Source: the human T2T-CHM13v2.0 reference genome, Homo sapiens. From it: 64,000 nt of DNA. Below are positions 1 through 24,417 of the stretch, piece after piece. Location: assembly GCF_009914755.1 (NCBI RefSeq), contig NC_060937.1; one strand, given 5' to 3'. Made by a program: the position numbers and the translations under genes. The notes beneath the pieces were generated by a model, which was not told the origin of the DNA, made no database searches, and saw nothing but the letters and a program-made list of their open reading frames with translations. Position 1 is the stretch's first letter. The number at the start of each line of letters is the position of its first letter.

Positions 1-429
1 TAAAGTTTAAAGAAAAATGATAAATTAAATTGTTTGGTAGCTGGTTATGATAATGTTTTTGCTTTTAGATTTTATAATCATAGAGAATATTTAGTTTACT
101 ATGTCATCTTCTAATTTGGAAATTTTTTTTAATTATGGAGAAAGTACGGGGAATTTTATCTGACTTATACTTTGCTCTTAATTATAGTATGCATAATGTT
201 CTTAAAAACTGTTAACTAAGGTTAGGTTAATGTGCTAATAGGTTATTTGATAAACCATTATTATTATAATTTTAGATAGTTATTAATCTATTCTTGCTCA
301 GACTTCTTTGATTAAAACATCCCTTTAGATATGATTGTATATGTTTAGATCACTATGCCATTTGAACTTTATTAAATTAAGAGAATTTCAGGTACAAGCT
401 AATATGTTGGGTTGATTGAAAAAATGACT

Positions 430-872
430 ACAAGTCTCAAATTTTCCATATTAATGTCATCTGCAAATCCTCTCATCAAGAGTTTGAATGTATTTTCTCA
501 CTCTTAGTTAGCCTAGGCTGGCTTCTTTCTTTCCTTGAACTAAGAAAATTTATAGTATGCTAGTTTCAAGTGTAGTCCTCGAGTCTTCACACATTTCCAT
601 TTTCTATTGAAACCAACATGAGAACAAGTCTGTGCTAACTTGTTAAAAAATAAGAGTGCAGGTGGATCAGAAATAAATTGTCCAACTGAGGACATCCTTG
701 TGCAGTTAGACCACAGCCAAATCAATTCATGGCAGACACAAGCCTAAGGCCAGATTAACTGAGTCTGCCCTAGCAATCTCACATAACTACCAGTAATAAG
801 AAATAATAATTGTTCTCGTTTTAAGTCACTGAGATTTGTGGTATTTTATTACAGAGTGATATTTAACTGGTA
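430..872 (+). mobile_element. Ancient MaLR (MLT1-type) solo LTR
   Basis: 3' end ...ttgttctcgttttaagtcactgagatttgtggtattttattacagagtgatatttaactggta resembles MLT1 LTR ends; boundaries approximate. Confidence 0.5.
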
Positions 873-1099
873 TGACTAGGAAACCTATTTTTTTGTATAA
901 ATATTATATTGATAATAAAAATTGGAAAATTATTTTGGAAATAGCTTCTGAAAGTGCAATAGTGAGATTCTGCTGACATATTTGTTATTAAGCACAAGCC
1001 TTAATTTCATTAAAATTTGCATGTAAGATGGATTTTAAATTAGAAATTGTTTGTCAAAGAACTGTAATAGATTCTAATAAATGATATGTATAGAATGAA

Positions 1100-1560
1100 A
1101 AACTCAATAAATAAAACTAAGAACGTAATGCATGGATTTAAAACACATTATACATAGTTAATAAGATAGCTAATAAACTGAAAAAAAGAAAGAAATGTCC
1201 AGAATAAAGAAATAGTATGGAGTCATAGGAGGTAGAATCAAAATGGCAAACACACTGCTAATTGAGTGCCAGAAAAAGAGGGGGAAGAAAATAAATCAGC
1301 ATCAATATTTGATGACCTATTGCATGAAAGGCTCATGAAATTGATGTAAGACATGAAACTATGAATATAAAAACCACTATAAATACTAAGCAGGATAAAT
1401 AGCAAAAGAAAAATATTCTGAAGCATTACACTATACAACTATCAAAAATCAAATATGAGAATAAAAATAATAAAAACAGCCATGAAAAGTTACATAAGGT
1501 AAAAAAGACTAATTATTTTAATGCTAATTGGTTTTAAAAATGAAGAAACTGATCTTTCAA
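1100..1560 (+). mobile_element. Highly decayed old L1 (L1M, ORF1-region-like) fragment
   Basis: A-rich strand bias and weak L1 ORF1-like phrasing; no intact frame. Confidence 0.3.
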
Positions 1561-3794
1561 TGTCATGTGTAATTTATTAAGGCAGATATTCCAAATAAGA
1601 GAACAGGGATTAAAACCCATTTATACCTGCCTCAAAAGTTCATGTGTTTTCCACTGCCCTACCTTCCCCCACTTCACATATTCCCAGCTTCCACAGATTA
1701 CGGGACTTAAATTGGTTTATTTACTTGTACAAAAGCTGAATAAATGATAAGTTTTTACGTCTTTGTATTTTTCTGGTTGTTGTCCATCTTGAATACATGT
1801 AATCTAATTGTACGCTACATGACTTAAAATTCTGTGCAGAGAGACATCAAGTAAGAGCTGTGACTAATTAAATCTAAAATGGTTTAATAAAACATAAAAT
1901 TCTCATTATGATCATGATTATAATCACCTTCATCATCAAAAAATAGAAGTGCAGTGCCTGTATGAACATGATATATCTTGTTAGGGTTATAATATGCAAA
2001 TTTAGACTAGCTTGATTTAGATTCTAATTTCTTCTATTACTGGCATAGAGCTTTGAAGAAGTCACATAATCCTTATTTTTTTCCTTCTATAAATAGGAAA
2101 AGTAAAAATGGTTCCCTCATTGTATAATTTTGTTAAATAAACAAGATATTCCATATAAACCAATTGTTGCAGTGTCTAGCACAGGGAAACCACAAAATAA
2201 TTGTTAATAAAAATAAATATTACTATTTAAACCAAAAAGTCCATTATTGAGAGTTTATAAAGTGATACTGAAAATCTTAACAGCACATAAACGTTTTTTC
2301 AAAAATAAAAAAGTTTGAGTAAATATAAAAGTTCTGACAATTGCATTTGCATAGGCAGTGCATTTTGCAGAATGAATTTATACATAAAAGAGTTTGGAAA
2401 AAATATTTAACGTCATTTTTACCTTGAAAAATCTTCAGCTCTCCAAAAGTGATTTTATCAATTTTTGGTTTAATTTAGAGAATTCTGACCACAAAAATAC
2501 TTGTGATAAACTCAGGATAAATGATACTACTTTACTCATTTTTACACAATGTTCAACATATATGTTAAATGTAGTTGACATTTTAAATTGTATAGTATAT
2601 ATCTTGTAGCATAAAGAGTATGTCAATGTCAAATCTGTCCCACTTATATCTAGTAAACAATCAGAAGACTTTAACATTTTTGAAGTATGTAAATATATTC
2701 TATTAAAGATAAACTTAAGAGAATACATGAATAAATTTGATAGACTCAAAGCAAATAAATTACACCTCCATATAAAACACAAGAATGTAGAATTATGCTG
2801 AAATTAATATAGAAAACCTGAAGCAACAATAGATGAAAGACAAGCTTTATCCATGTCTATTTGATGTTACTTTACTATGGCAATAACTTTAATACATAAT
2901 GGAAAACACTGCTGCCTTCAGATGGCAATACATCATCTCGAAGCTTTATTCTTTGACTGAAAGAAGTGATTTTATTTCATTAAATTTTGTCCCTAAGACA
3001 TGGTCACTCCACATGACCTTAGTTTAGCAGTCACTATTATCAAACTCAGGGAAATTATAACAACATTTATACATCTCTCTTGACAATGGTTTTATGTAAG
3101 GAATAATTAGTAAAAGACTCTATTATAAAAAAGAAGACATCTAAAAGAATTCTTGGATGCATTGCAGCATAATTTCTCACCACTTGATACAAGTAAAACA
3201 CAAGTTTTCAGCAATAGCATGCCTTTTATTGCCCCAGGGAACAGAGAAGCCACATTCAAAGGAACTCTTCCTTTGGGATTGCCTCCAAGAGTGGCAGACA
3301 AATCTTTTACGCTTGTAAAAAAAAGAAAAAAAAAAGTCCAAAGAGCTCCTGCTTATACATTCACACTTAATAAATCCAGTTTTAAGCATATCCCTATTAG
3401 AATGAGAACAAAATCCCCTGAAACTTTCACTCCTCACCGTCTTCACTCTTCGATGTCTTTATTTTAGACTTCCATTTAAATTTTTGAATAAAATTCAGCT
3501 TCTGCTAACTTAGTGTGCAATGTTTACAAAAAAAATAGATGCTAGTGCATTAACACAGAAAGCATATTTGCAAACATTCAACACACCATACTTATTTAGG
3601 GAATAAGGAACTACCTGCAATTTTTTATTTCCCAAGAGATATTGCTGGGTAAATTTTCTTATCATCACATGGATATTTATTTTCTTTCTAACATATGATC
3701 AACAACTATCCTTTAAATAAAACTGTTTTTTGAAGCTTAAATATGCAAGAATACATGAATACAATTACACTGAAAAAATAAAATGGCAAAATGT

Positions 3795-4200
3795 TTTATT
3801 CATCCACTAGACAAATATATATCGGGTGCCTACTATGTGCCAGGATGTTTTAGATTCTTGGGAGACAACAAAACAAGCATAAACCTTGCTCACCTGGGAG
3901 CATATCAAACATGGCCAAGATAAATAAATTACTCAACAGGAATACATAGAACCCTGCCAGAATTTGTACTTTTTTTAGTTGTAATAGAAAGCTACTGGAA
4001 TGTTTTAAGCAAAAGAGAAACGGGATGATTTATGTTCATGGAGAATCTTTCCTGCTCCTTTGTGGTAAGAATGGAAATGAAGAAAGCAGCAAGGAGACCA
4101 TTAAGAAAGTCCAGGTATGAGATGATAGTGGTCATTAGAAAGTAGGCATCAAGGTTAGTGGGGGTGATCATATGAAGTGGTCAGATGTAGCATGTTCCTG
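3795..4200 (-). mobile_element. L2 3' fragment
   Basis: attcatccactagacaaatat...gggtgcctactatgtgccagg resembles the L2 3' terminus in reverse. Confidence 0.5.
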
Positions 4201-4664
4201 TAGGAGGTAATCTCTTAAAATGTTAATGTCTTGAATATATTTATCTTTCTAATAAATGTGTGAAAATTTGGGTAGTACCCAAATTACCAGATAAAGGAAT
4301 GTTTTAAACTACAGAGATGGTTACAAACTGTTGGTTAATTTGAAATCTTATAGTAATTAATCACTTCAAGCTATGTAAAAAACGGTTTTTATAGTTTTTA
4401 ATTTTTTTCATTGTGAACATAAGTGGAAAATAACTGACAACTACCTTTGAAAACAAGTGTTACCTTTGAAGTAATCATATTTTAAAACAACAGAATGAGT
4501 TAACAATGATAGTTTTGTATTTTAATATATACCTATGCACATGATTAAATAATATTTAAAAACTAAACTCTAAAATTTGTAACTCCTTTGAAAATATACA
4601 ATTTTAACCTATTAAACTATTCAGTGTATACATAGTTGAGAATAGCAAAGAAATAGTAAATACT

Positions 4665-5089
<425 letters not shown>

Positions 5090-5226
5090 TTACGATTCTA
5101 TTATGAAAATGACTATGTGGGCAATTATTTGGCATACACTAGTAAGCTGAAACAAATTTCTATTCATTAAAAATGGCAGTTTCTTAAAATGTTAAGAAGT
5201 CTGGCATTTGACCCTCTATAATGCAG

Positions 5227-6009
5227 TTTTTTTTAAAATACATTAAGTTCTTGAATACATGTGCAGAACATGCAGGTTTGTTACATAGGTATAGACGTGC
5301 CATGGTGGTTTGCTGCACCCATCAACCTGTCATCTGCGTTAGGTATTTGTCCTAATGCTATCCCTCCCTCAGCCCCCTACCTGCTGACAGGCCCCAGTGT
5401 GTGATGTTCCACTCCCTGTGTCCATGTGTTCTCATTGTTCAATTCCCAATTATGAGTGAGAACATACGGTGTTTGGTTTTCTGTTCCTTTTTTTTTGCAG
5501 GGACATGGATGAAGCTGGAAACTGTTAAGAATGATGGTTTCCAGCTTCATCCATGTCCCTGCAAAAAACATGAACTCATCCTTTATTATGGCTGCATAGT
5601 GGTGTATATGTGCCACATTTTCTTCATCCAGTCTATCACTGATGGGCATTTGGGTTGGTTCTAAGTCTTTGCTATTATGAACAGTGCTGCAATAAAAATA
5701 TGTGTGCATTTGTCTTTATAGTAGAATGATTTATAATCTTTTGGGTATATATCCAGTAATGAGATTGCTGGGTCAAATGGTATCTCTGTTTCTAGATCCT
5801 TGAGGAATCACCATTGTGGAATCTGTCTTCCACAATGGTTGAACTAATTTATACTCCCACCAACAGTGTAAAAGCGTTCCTATTTCTCCACATCCTCTCC
5901 AGCATCTGTTGCTTCCTGACTTTTTAATGATCGCCATTCTAACTGGCATGAGATATCTCACTGTGGTTTTGATTTGCATTTCTCTAATGACCAGTGATGA
6001 TGAGCTTTT
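5227..6009 (-). mobile_element. L1PA7/8-like 3' fragment (~780 bp) abutting the tail of the full-length L1
   Basis: L1 3'UTR and ORF2 C-terminal sequence (ORF 5773-5979 [27 protein letters not shown]); roughly 90% similar by eye to 6013-6790. Confidence 0.9.
5491..5568. repeat. Perfect 32-bp inverted repeat with 14-nt loop
   Basis: 5491-5522 ttttttgcagggacatggatgaagctggaaac is the exact reverse complement of 5537-5568. Confidence 0.95.
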
Positions 6010-6012
6010 AAT

Positions 6013-12482
<6,470 letters not shown>

Positions 12483-12499
12483 TCTATAACATAGTTTTA

Positions 12500-13035
12500 G
12501 AAATTCTTTCTAACTTAAACTTGCATATATTCTAAACATTTCATTCCTAGATATTTATGTTCACATGAAGATTTATACACAAATTTGTATAGCTTTATTT
12601 GTAAAGCACCAAACTGGAAACATTCCAAATATCCATCAACAGGTAAATGAATAAACAAATTGTATACCCATAAAGCAGAATACTATTCAGAAATTTTAAA
12701 GTGTTGATTAACACCAAAATGTGAATAAATCTGAAAACAAAAACAAGGTAGTAAAATAAACTCCACAAAGTGAGTACATAATGTGAGATTCCACTTATAT
12801 AAAATGCTTAAAATAAGAAAAACAAAATATAATGACAGAAAGGAAATTAATAGTTGTAGAAAGGAGAGGTTGTAGGACTCTATATGAATTACAAAAGAAG
12901 ATACTCTTGGGGCTGGTGGGTATACTTATCAATTTAATTGCAGTGTTTATTTGAGTGGCTTATATGCATATCAATTCAACAAATTAAACACTTTATGCAC
13001 TGATTATTGTACGTCAATTAAACCTCAACAAAAAT
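12500..13035 (+). mobile_element. Old L1M 3' fragment
   Basis: aaactggaaacattccaaatatccatcaacaggtaaatg and terminal ...ttgtacgtcaattaaacctcaacaaaa resemble L1MB/ME 3' ends. Confidence 0.6.
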
Positions 13036-13379
13036 ATTAAAATGCATTAATCAGCATGTTAAATATTACTAGAAGGAAGCACTTTTAAAAGGATTAATAT
13101 AAGTCATTAAGATTTAAAAATTCCTATATCACAAATTAATATATAAATGATGACTATAGTAAATCCTAACATTAAATAACAGTTTTCATTATTATACTGT
13201 ACATATTAATTTCATATTATTTTGTTTTACTTTTGTTTATGTTTTGCCTTTTTGAAATCTGTTAGTAAACTAGATATGGGAAATTTGCTAACCATTTTTA
13301 AAATAGCTTCATAATTCTGGAGTCAGTAAATAAATGGGGTATAAATACAAACCACTTGGGATTTTAAAAATATACTGTC

Positions 13380-13483
13380 ATGCTCACTTTGGCACTTATA
13401 CTAAAATTGAAACAATAGAGAGAAAACTAGCATGGCCCCTATGCAAAGATGACACACACATCTTTGAAGCATTCCATATTTTT
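13380..13483 (+). pseudogene. RNU6: U6 snRNA retropseudogene, 5' part of a U6/L1 chimera
   Basis: atgctcactttggcacttatactaaaattgaaacaatagagagaaaactagcatggcccctatgcaaagatgacacac...ttccatattttt aligns end to end with U6; ACAGAGA box mutated, 3-nt deletion in the 5' stem, ends in T5. Confidence 0.93.
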
Positions 13484-18636
<5,153 letters not shown>

Positions 18637-18714
18637 TGTAACCTAATTAAATTTAAATTGAATCATTTAAATTAAATGAAAATGATTTAAACCATTTGAT
18701 TAAAAGATCGAATC

Positions 18715-18968
18715 AAATAAGATCTAGTATTTGAGAGCACAGCATGGTGACTACTGTCAACAGTAATTTATTAGGCATTTTAAAATAACTAAAACATTAT
18801 AATTGGGTTGTTTGTAACACAAAGAAAGGATAAGTGCCTGAGGTGATGAATACCCCATTTACCCTGATGTGATTATTATGCATTGTATGCCTCAATCAAA
18901 AGATCTCATGTTCCCCATTAATGTACACACCTAACATGTACACACAAAAATTAAAACTTATTTAAAAA
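18715..18968 (+). mobile_element. L1MA-like 3' end fragment
   Basis: aataagatctagtatttg...ggtgatgaataccccatttaccctgatgtgattatt...aaaaattaaaa matches L1MA 3' termini. Confidence 0.75.
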
Positions 18969-21900
18969 GACAAAATAATGCCTATTCCCATCTTTTATAT
19001 ATTTAAATGTGACAAATAATAAATATAAATAATGCACAAAGGCTTTACTTAGCATAGTTACCTTATTGTTACCTTAGCCTTATTAATAGCAAAATATTTT
19101 ATAAACTTGAGTTAAATATCATCGATAAAGTTCTAATCAGCTGCCCATAAGATATTTAAGACATTTTTCTAAATACAAAAAATTAAGTTTCCATGCTTTT
19201 GATGGAGCATCTACATGGGAAAATTTAAAATTGCATCAGAAAAGGCAGAGAAAAGCGAATTATGATTTCCAGGAAGATAAAGTAACCTTTGCATTTTAAT
19301 AATAAGTATGTGATTAATGCCAGATTCCTATGACAATTCATAACTATATTCTTGGATATTTTGATTCTACCTGGCTTGACTAAAAAATAATCTTAATGGA
19401 ACATTAAATGAGGAGTAGAGAGACAACCTGTAATCAAAATCAAATTATTCTCTGATCTAATTCATCCCGAAGATTCTTAGAATAGTTTATTCCTCACAGT
19501 ACATTTACTGATACATTGCTGCTTAAAAAAATCACTTTATTTAATAACGACTTGGTTATATATGACTACAGGTAACAAGAACGTCTTTTTCAGGAATCAA
19601 ATACAAATTTCTGAAACAGTGACTGATAATGCAAAACAAAGGGAAACTAGTGTTTAATGGAATATGGAGGGTCAGATGTGGATAAAATATTTCAAAAAAA
19701 AAAAAAACAGGAGTACCTTAACACTGTAATAGAAATGCAAATGTTTAATCACTCTTTATTCCACCAGGAGAAATGCACTTAAAGTAATGTAATACTAGCC
19801 ACAACTTATTTGAGAAAAGAATCAAAAGCAAAGATGCCAGGCAGAATTTATATTAAGTTGCAAAAAGTAAAGTCTGGGTTAGATAGAAAAGCAATTCTCT
19901 CATTTCACATGATAGAAATAACAGAATATTTAGACTACCTTTTCTTCTCATGAGAGAACACTCAATAAATTGAGATAAGAGCATTTTCTCCTATTTCCAT
20001 TTTAGACATTATATTATTTTTTCGTTTCTCATGCCTGGTTTTGTTAAGTAAGCACTCTCTTGTAGCCAGAAATCATTCTGTCAAGGGATAATAATTCATT
20101 TTGTTGTAATTTTGTTTAGTTTAACACAAACACACACCCTTATTCTTTAACTTGTATACTGGATTACTGTTAATTGTTGAGGCACTATTTGGACAATTAA
20201 AAATTAGAGACTCCTTTTGGTATAATGATTTTTATAAATTGATTTGGTTTAATATTAATCATTATGAAATAGGTAATAGAGTATTTTTCCAAGATAATTA
20301 CATATATATATGTGGATGATTTGTGCCCTTTTCAGTTTTTTCTCGCTTTGTATTTTTAACTTGTTTCTCAAGGATTTTGTCTGCAAACATACTGTCATTT
20401 GTTACTTGTGAGGCGAACATTGTTAACATTAAAATTTGTCATTGGTGATTACGGTAATCCTAAATTTGATGTGAAAAAATTGCTCCTACATTCCTGCTAC
20501 TATATTGGTAGAGTCAACTGTCAAAAATAATAATATAAATTTGTAATAAAACAGACATTGTTGATTTTCAAAAGAATAACAAACATTTCAAAAGAATAAC
20601 AAATAAGAGGGAAAAAAGTTACATACAAAGCTGCCTACACAGAGAAATAACCCTTCAACAATATTATAAAATTTATTTTAGCACTGAAATGTGTTGATCA
20701 CATTTGCATGAGGAAAAACATCATATTTTACAGTTATTTTAGATATTTACATAAAAATGAGGCTCATAAATAAATCTATGTTGACAAAGAAGGACAATGT
20801 TTGTGCTGTACTGAGAATGACAACTGTGATGAATCAAGGACAACTGTGAGAGTTAAGTTCAAAAGGAACTGACTTGATGAATAGCAATTTTACCTCAGGC
20901 CACAAAGTACACTAGGTCATTGTCTGCAGGCTCTTCTGAACAGCCTGTGTTCATCCAGAATTATACCGGAAGGACAGAAGCTGTGTGAGATGAGACAGAA
21001 GAGATCACCTTTACAGCCCCAAAGTATATTAATGCTCTTTTTGCAGCTCTCACCATCTTTTAGATATGCTTATGTTGATGCTTTTTTGATAAACCGCTTA
21101 GCCAAAATATATCTTGAGAAAGTGCTAAACAACGACAATTGAACTTTTATTGCTGGTAAATAGAAAACTTTGATCATTTAATGCACAACACTATAGTGAA
21201 TGATGGCGGAGTTAAAGATGAAACATGCCTGATTATATAATTATGGTCAAGAATATGATACGCTTTAGCTATAAAGTGCTTTTATTGGAAACAATTTGTC
21301 CACTCACCTTCAGATCTCAGTATAAAAGTGGGTTCTCAGACTGGTCTCCCTAAATGCACAGAGTAAACTAGATTCAACTACCATAGGCATTTGCAAATCT
21401 CTATACATGATTTGGAAATTATTTGTCACTTTAGTGATATGTCTCCGTTGTTCACTAGACAATATGCTCTATGATAGTAGGTCACATATTTGCTTTGTTC
21501 AATACTGTGCCCCAGAGTAATTTTGGGGGTACATATTAGACATTCTGTGCATATTTGCTAAATACATATATGAATCAATTGATTTTATAAGTGAAAAACT
21601 AGAAGAACCACCTGTATAATATGGATACTACGTAAATGCAATGTGTTATAATTATGAAGCAGCATATGGTAATTCATATTTCATTAACATAAGAGGTAGA
21701 GACATTTTTCAAAAAGCAGAAAACCAAGAATCACAGGATTGGGTTTATATAAGAAGTGTCACTAAAATTTGTGTGGTCTAGGCAAATTTACTCATAAAAT
21801 TAGCGTGAAAATTCACTGAGATAATAAGTGTAAAATGTTCCATAACACTCTGTATTTTATATATTTGATGAGTCATAGATATTAGTAGTAAAATTGTGGC

Positions 21901-22649
21901 AACGTAACACCTGGCCTTCTGCATAGGTGACCATGCTACATGTGTTTTTCTTCCTGGCAGTTGCCTTCCATACAAGACTACAATTTCTCCCTGTTCTACT
22001 CAGAAATATGAATGTGACTCTTGTTGGCAATGAAAGGTAGAAACGCATGAATCAAGTGCAGATGTCTTTTCTCTTCTGCTGTGATGTATGGAAATAGTCT
22101 AGATAGAAGCTGCTTTGCGATTTGAGTCCTGCAAATGAGATGACATTGAGCAGAGCAACCACTGACCCATAATTAAAATAAAATGGGAAAATGAAATAAG
22201 GTCTGTTTTAATAAGTTTCTATGATTTTTAGAATGTTTTCTACAGCTACATGGCATGACCTAATCCGACAGATTTAACAACCCTCTTTTTTAGTTAGAAG
22301 CACTGAAAATTTGATGGCAAGATTACATAAAGAAAGAATGATAGCTATAGTGGCCCAAAACATGATCCAGAAACTTGTATCAGAAGAGCAGTGTTGAGAG
22401 TAAATATTTTACATTTTTCAAGCAAGCATTTTTTTTAACATTGAAAGTGCCATTAGAGTTTTAAAACAGTAAGCTTTAAGGCAATCTTAAGATTTACACT
22501 ATAAACAACTGGTGGGAAATAAAGTAGAAAAACCAGCCTAGCACAGGGCAAGAGTCTAGAAGTAGTGAAGACAATGTTTAGGTGCTAGTGAGTGCCTGAG
22601 AGGGCCCTGTGCTTGTGTGATTCCTGGTTTTCTGCTTTTTAAAAAATGT

Positions 22650-23002
22650 ATCCACCACTCACGTGAATGAAATATGAATGACTGTGCCATAGGAACACCC
22701 TCCACCCAAGAAAAATGTGGACATCTGAAATGAGAGAAAATGTGCGGTCGGCATTTGATGAGGTGCCAGACCTCATGATCACTGTCCAGTACTAGCGTGA
22801 TGAAGCACTGGAGGCAGGTGTATGGTGAGGCACTACTAGGCTGAGGGTCTCTAAGAGAATCTCTAGCTCCAGCCTAGATACCAGACTACTGCTGCCGTAT
22901 AATTGACTCTAGGTAAACAAAGAGAAGAACCACCAAGTTTGCCAATGCACAGAATCATGAGAAGTAATTAATTGTTGTTTAAGCCACTATTGTGTTATGG
23001 AA
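22650..23002 (+). mobile_element. MLT1-type LTR fragment
   Basis: cacagaatcatgagaagtaattaattgttgtttaagccacta 3' motif. Confidence 0.45.
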
Positions 23003-23358
23003 TGTATTAGCCTACTTGGGCTGCCATAATAAAATACCACAGCCTGGCTTAAATGTCAGAAATTTATTTTCTTACAGTTCTGGGGTCTGTACATCTAGAT
23101 CACGGTAATGTCAGGGTTTGTCTCCAGTGAGGTCTCTTCCTGGTTTGCAGATGCCCCTTCTGGCAGTAGCTTCACATGGCCTTTCTTCTGGGTGTGCACA
23201 GAGATAGAGATGTCATTTCTTATAACATCATCAGCCCTATTCTCACAATAATGACTTCATTGAACAATTATCACTTTCGTATAGGCTCTATCTCCAAATA
23301 AAATCCACTGAGAGATAGGGATTCAACATTTGAATTTTGCCACAGTTCAGCCCATCAC
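23003..23358 (-). mobile_element. MLT1A-like solo LTR
   Basis: tgtattagcctacttgggctgccataataaaataccacag...aaatttattttcttacagttctgg...ttcagcccatcaca with TG...CA ends. Confidence 0.75.
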
Positions 23359-23454
23359 ATGCAACTAAGGCCAACTGAAACAATATATATTTTTGAAGTG
23401 TTTTAATGTTCCATTAATCAATTCATTTATTTCTGGAGCAATATTGTAGTCTTA

Positions 23455-23807
<353 letters not shown>

Positions 23808-24134
23808 TTAAGATAATTTCCTGCTTTTATTATATTTTCCCTTTTTTTGACATTGATTTATTCAGAAATATATTTTAGTTTCCAAACACATTTTTCCTGG
23901 TTTCTCTTTATTTTTGCTTAATTGGATTGTGGTTATAGGCTTCTATTTTTAAAATAAAATTCTGTTAGCTTTATTAATATCCATTGACAAAAATTATATA
24001 TATATATGAGTATACAATGTGATGATTTGATATACATATGCCTTGTGAAATTTTTATATACCTGTTATATTTATACAAATAAAAAGACACAATCTTTTTA
24101 AATGACTCTGTTTTTTAATATTCGACTGTTGGAT

Positions 24135-24417
24135 AGCTTTGAGGCCTAAATTGCCCCTGTTTTTGTGCTATTTCTGGAAAAGCAGATAGAGCCCACAGGC
24201 ACCTTTCTTTGATGAACAGGAAAGATCAAACAACACAAACTCAAGCTCCCATGCAGAAACCCTCTCTCTGCTCCTCCACCTTAAACACTCAATCAAAAAA
24301 TCCCATTATGTGAGTAATAAATCTTTTTATACCTTGGTGTATTTGTGGTATAATCAATCTCCACATCCATATCAGTTTTGGGTTGGAGGGATGGATCCCA
24401 TAGTGAACCAGAAAACA
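24135..24417 (+). mobile_element. ERVL-class 5' LTR (MER74/MER88/LTR53-like)
   Basis: aataaa followed by gtggtataatcaatctccacatccatatcagttttgggttgg...aaaaca, then attggt at the start of internal sequence. Confidence 0.5.

Noticed and set aside
3153-3467. 104-aa ORF in apparently unique sequence
   Set aside because: Non-ATG start, no homology recognised, no splice or promoter support.
13340-13347. TATAAATA upstream of the U6 copy as a Pol III promoter
   Set aside because: About 10 bp too far upstream, no recognisable PSE, AT-rich background, and the U6 copy has a mutated ACAGAGA box.
20566-20605. 20-bp tandem duplication and nearby octamer motif (ATTTGCAT, ~20702)
   Set aside because: Expected by slippage and chance in AT-rich DNA; no supporting context.
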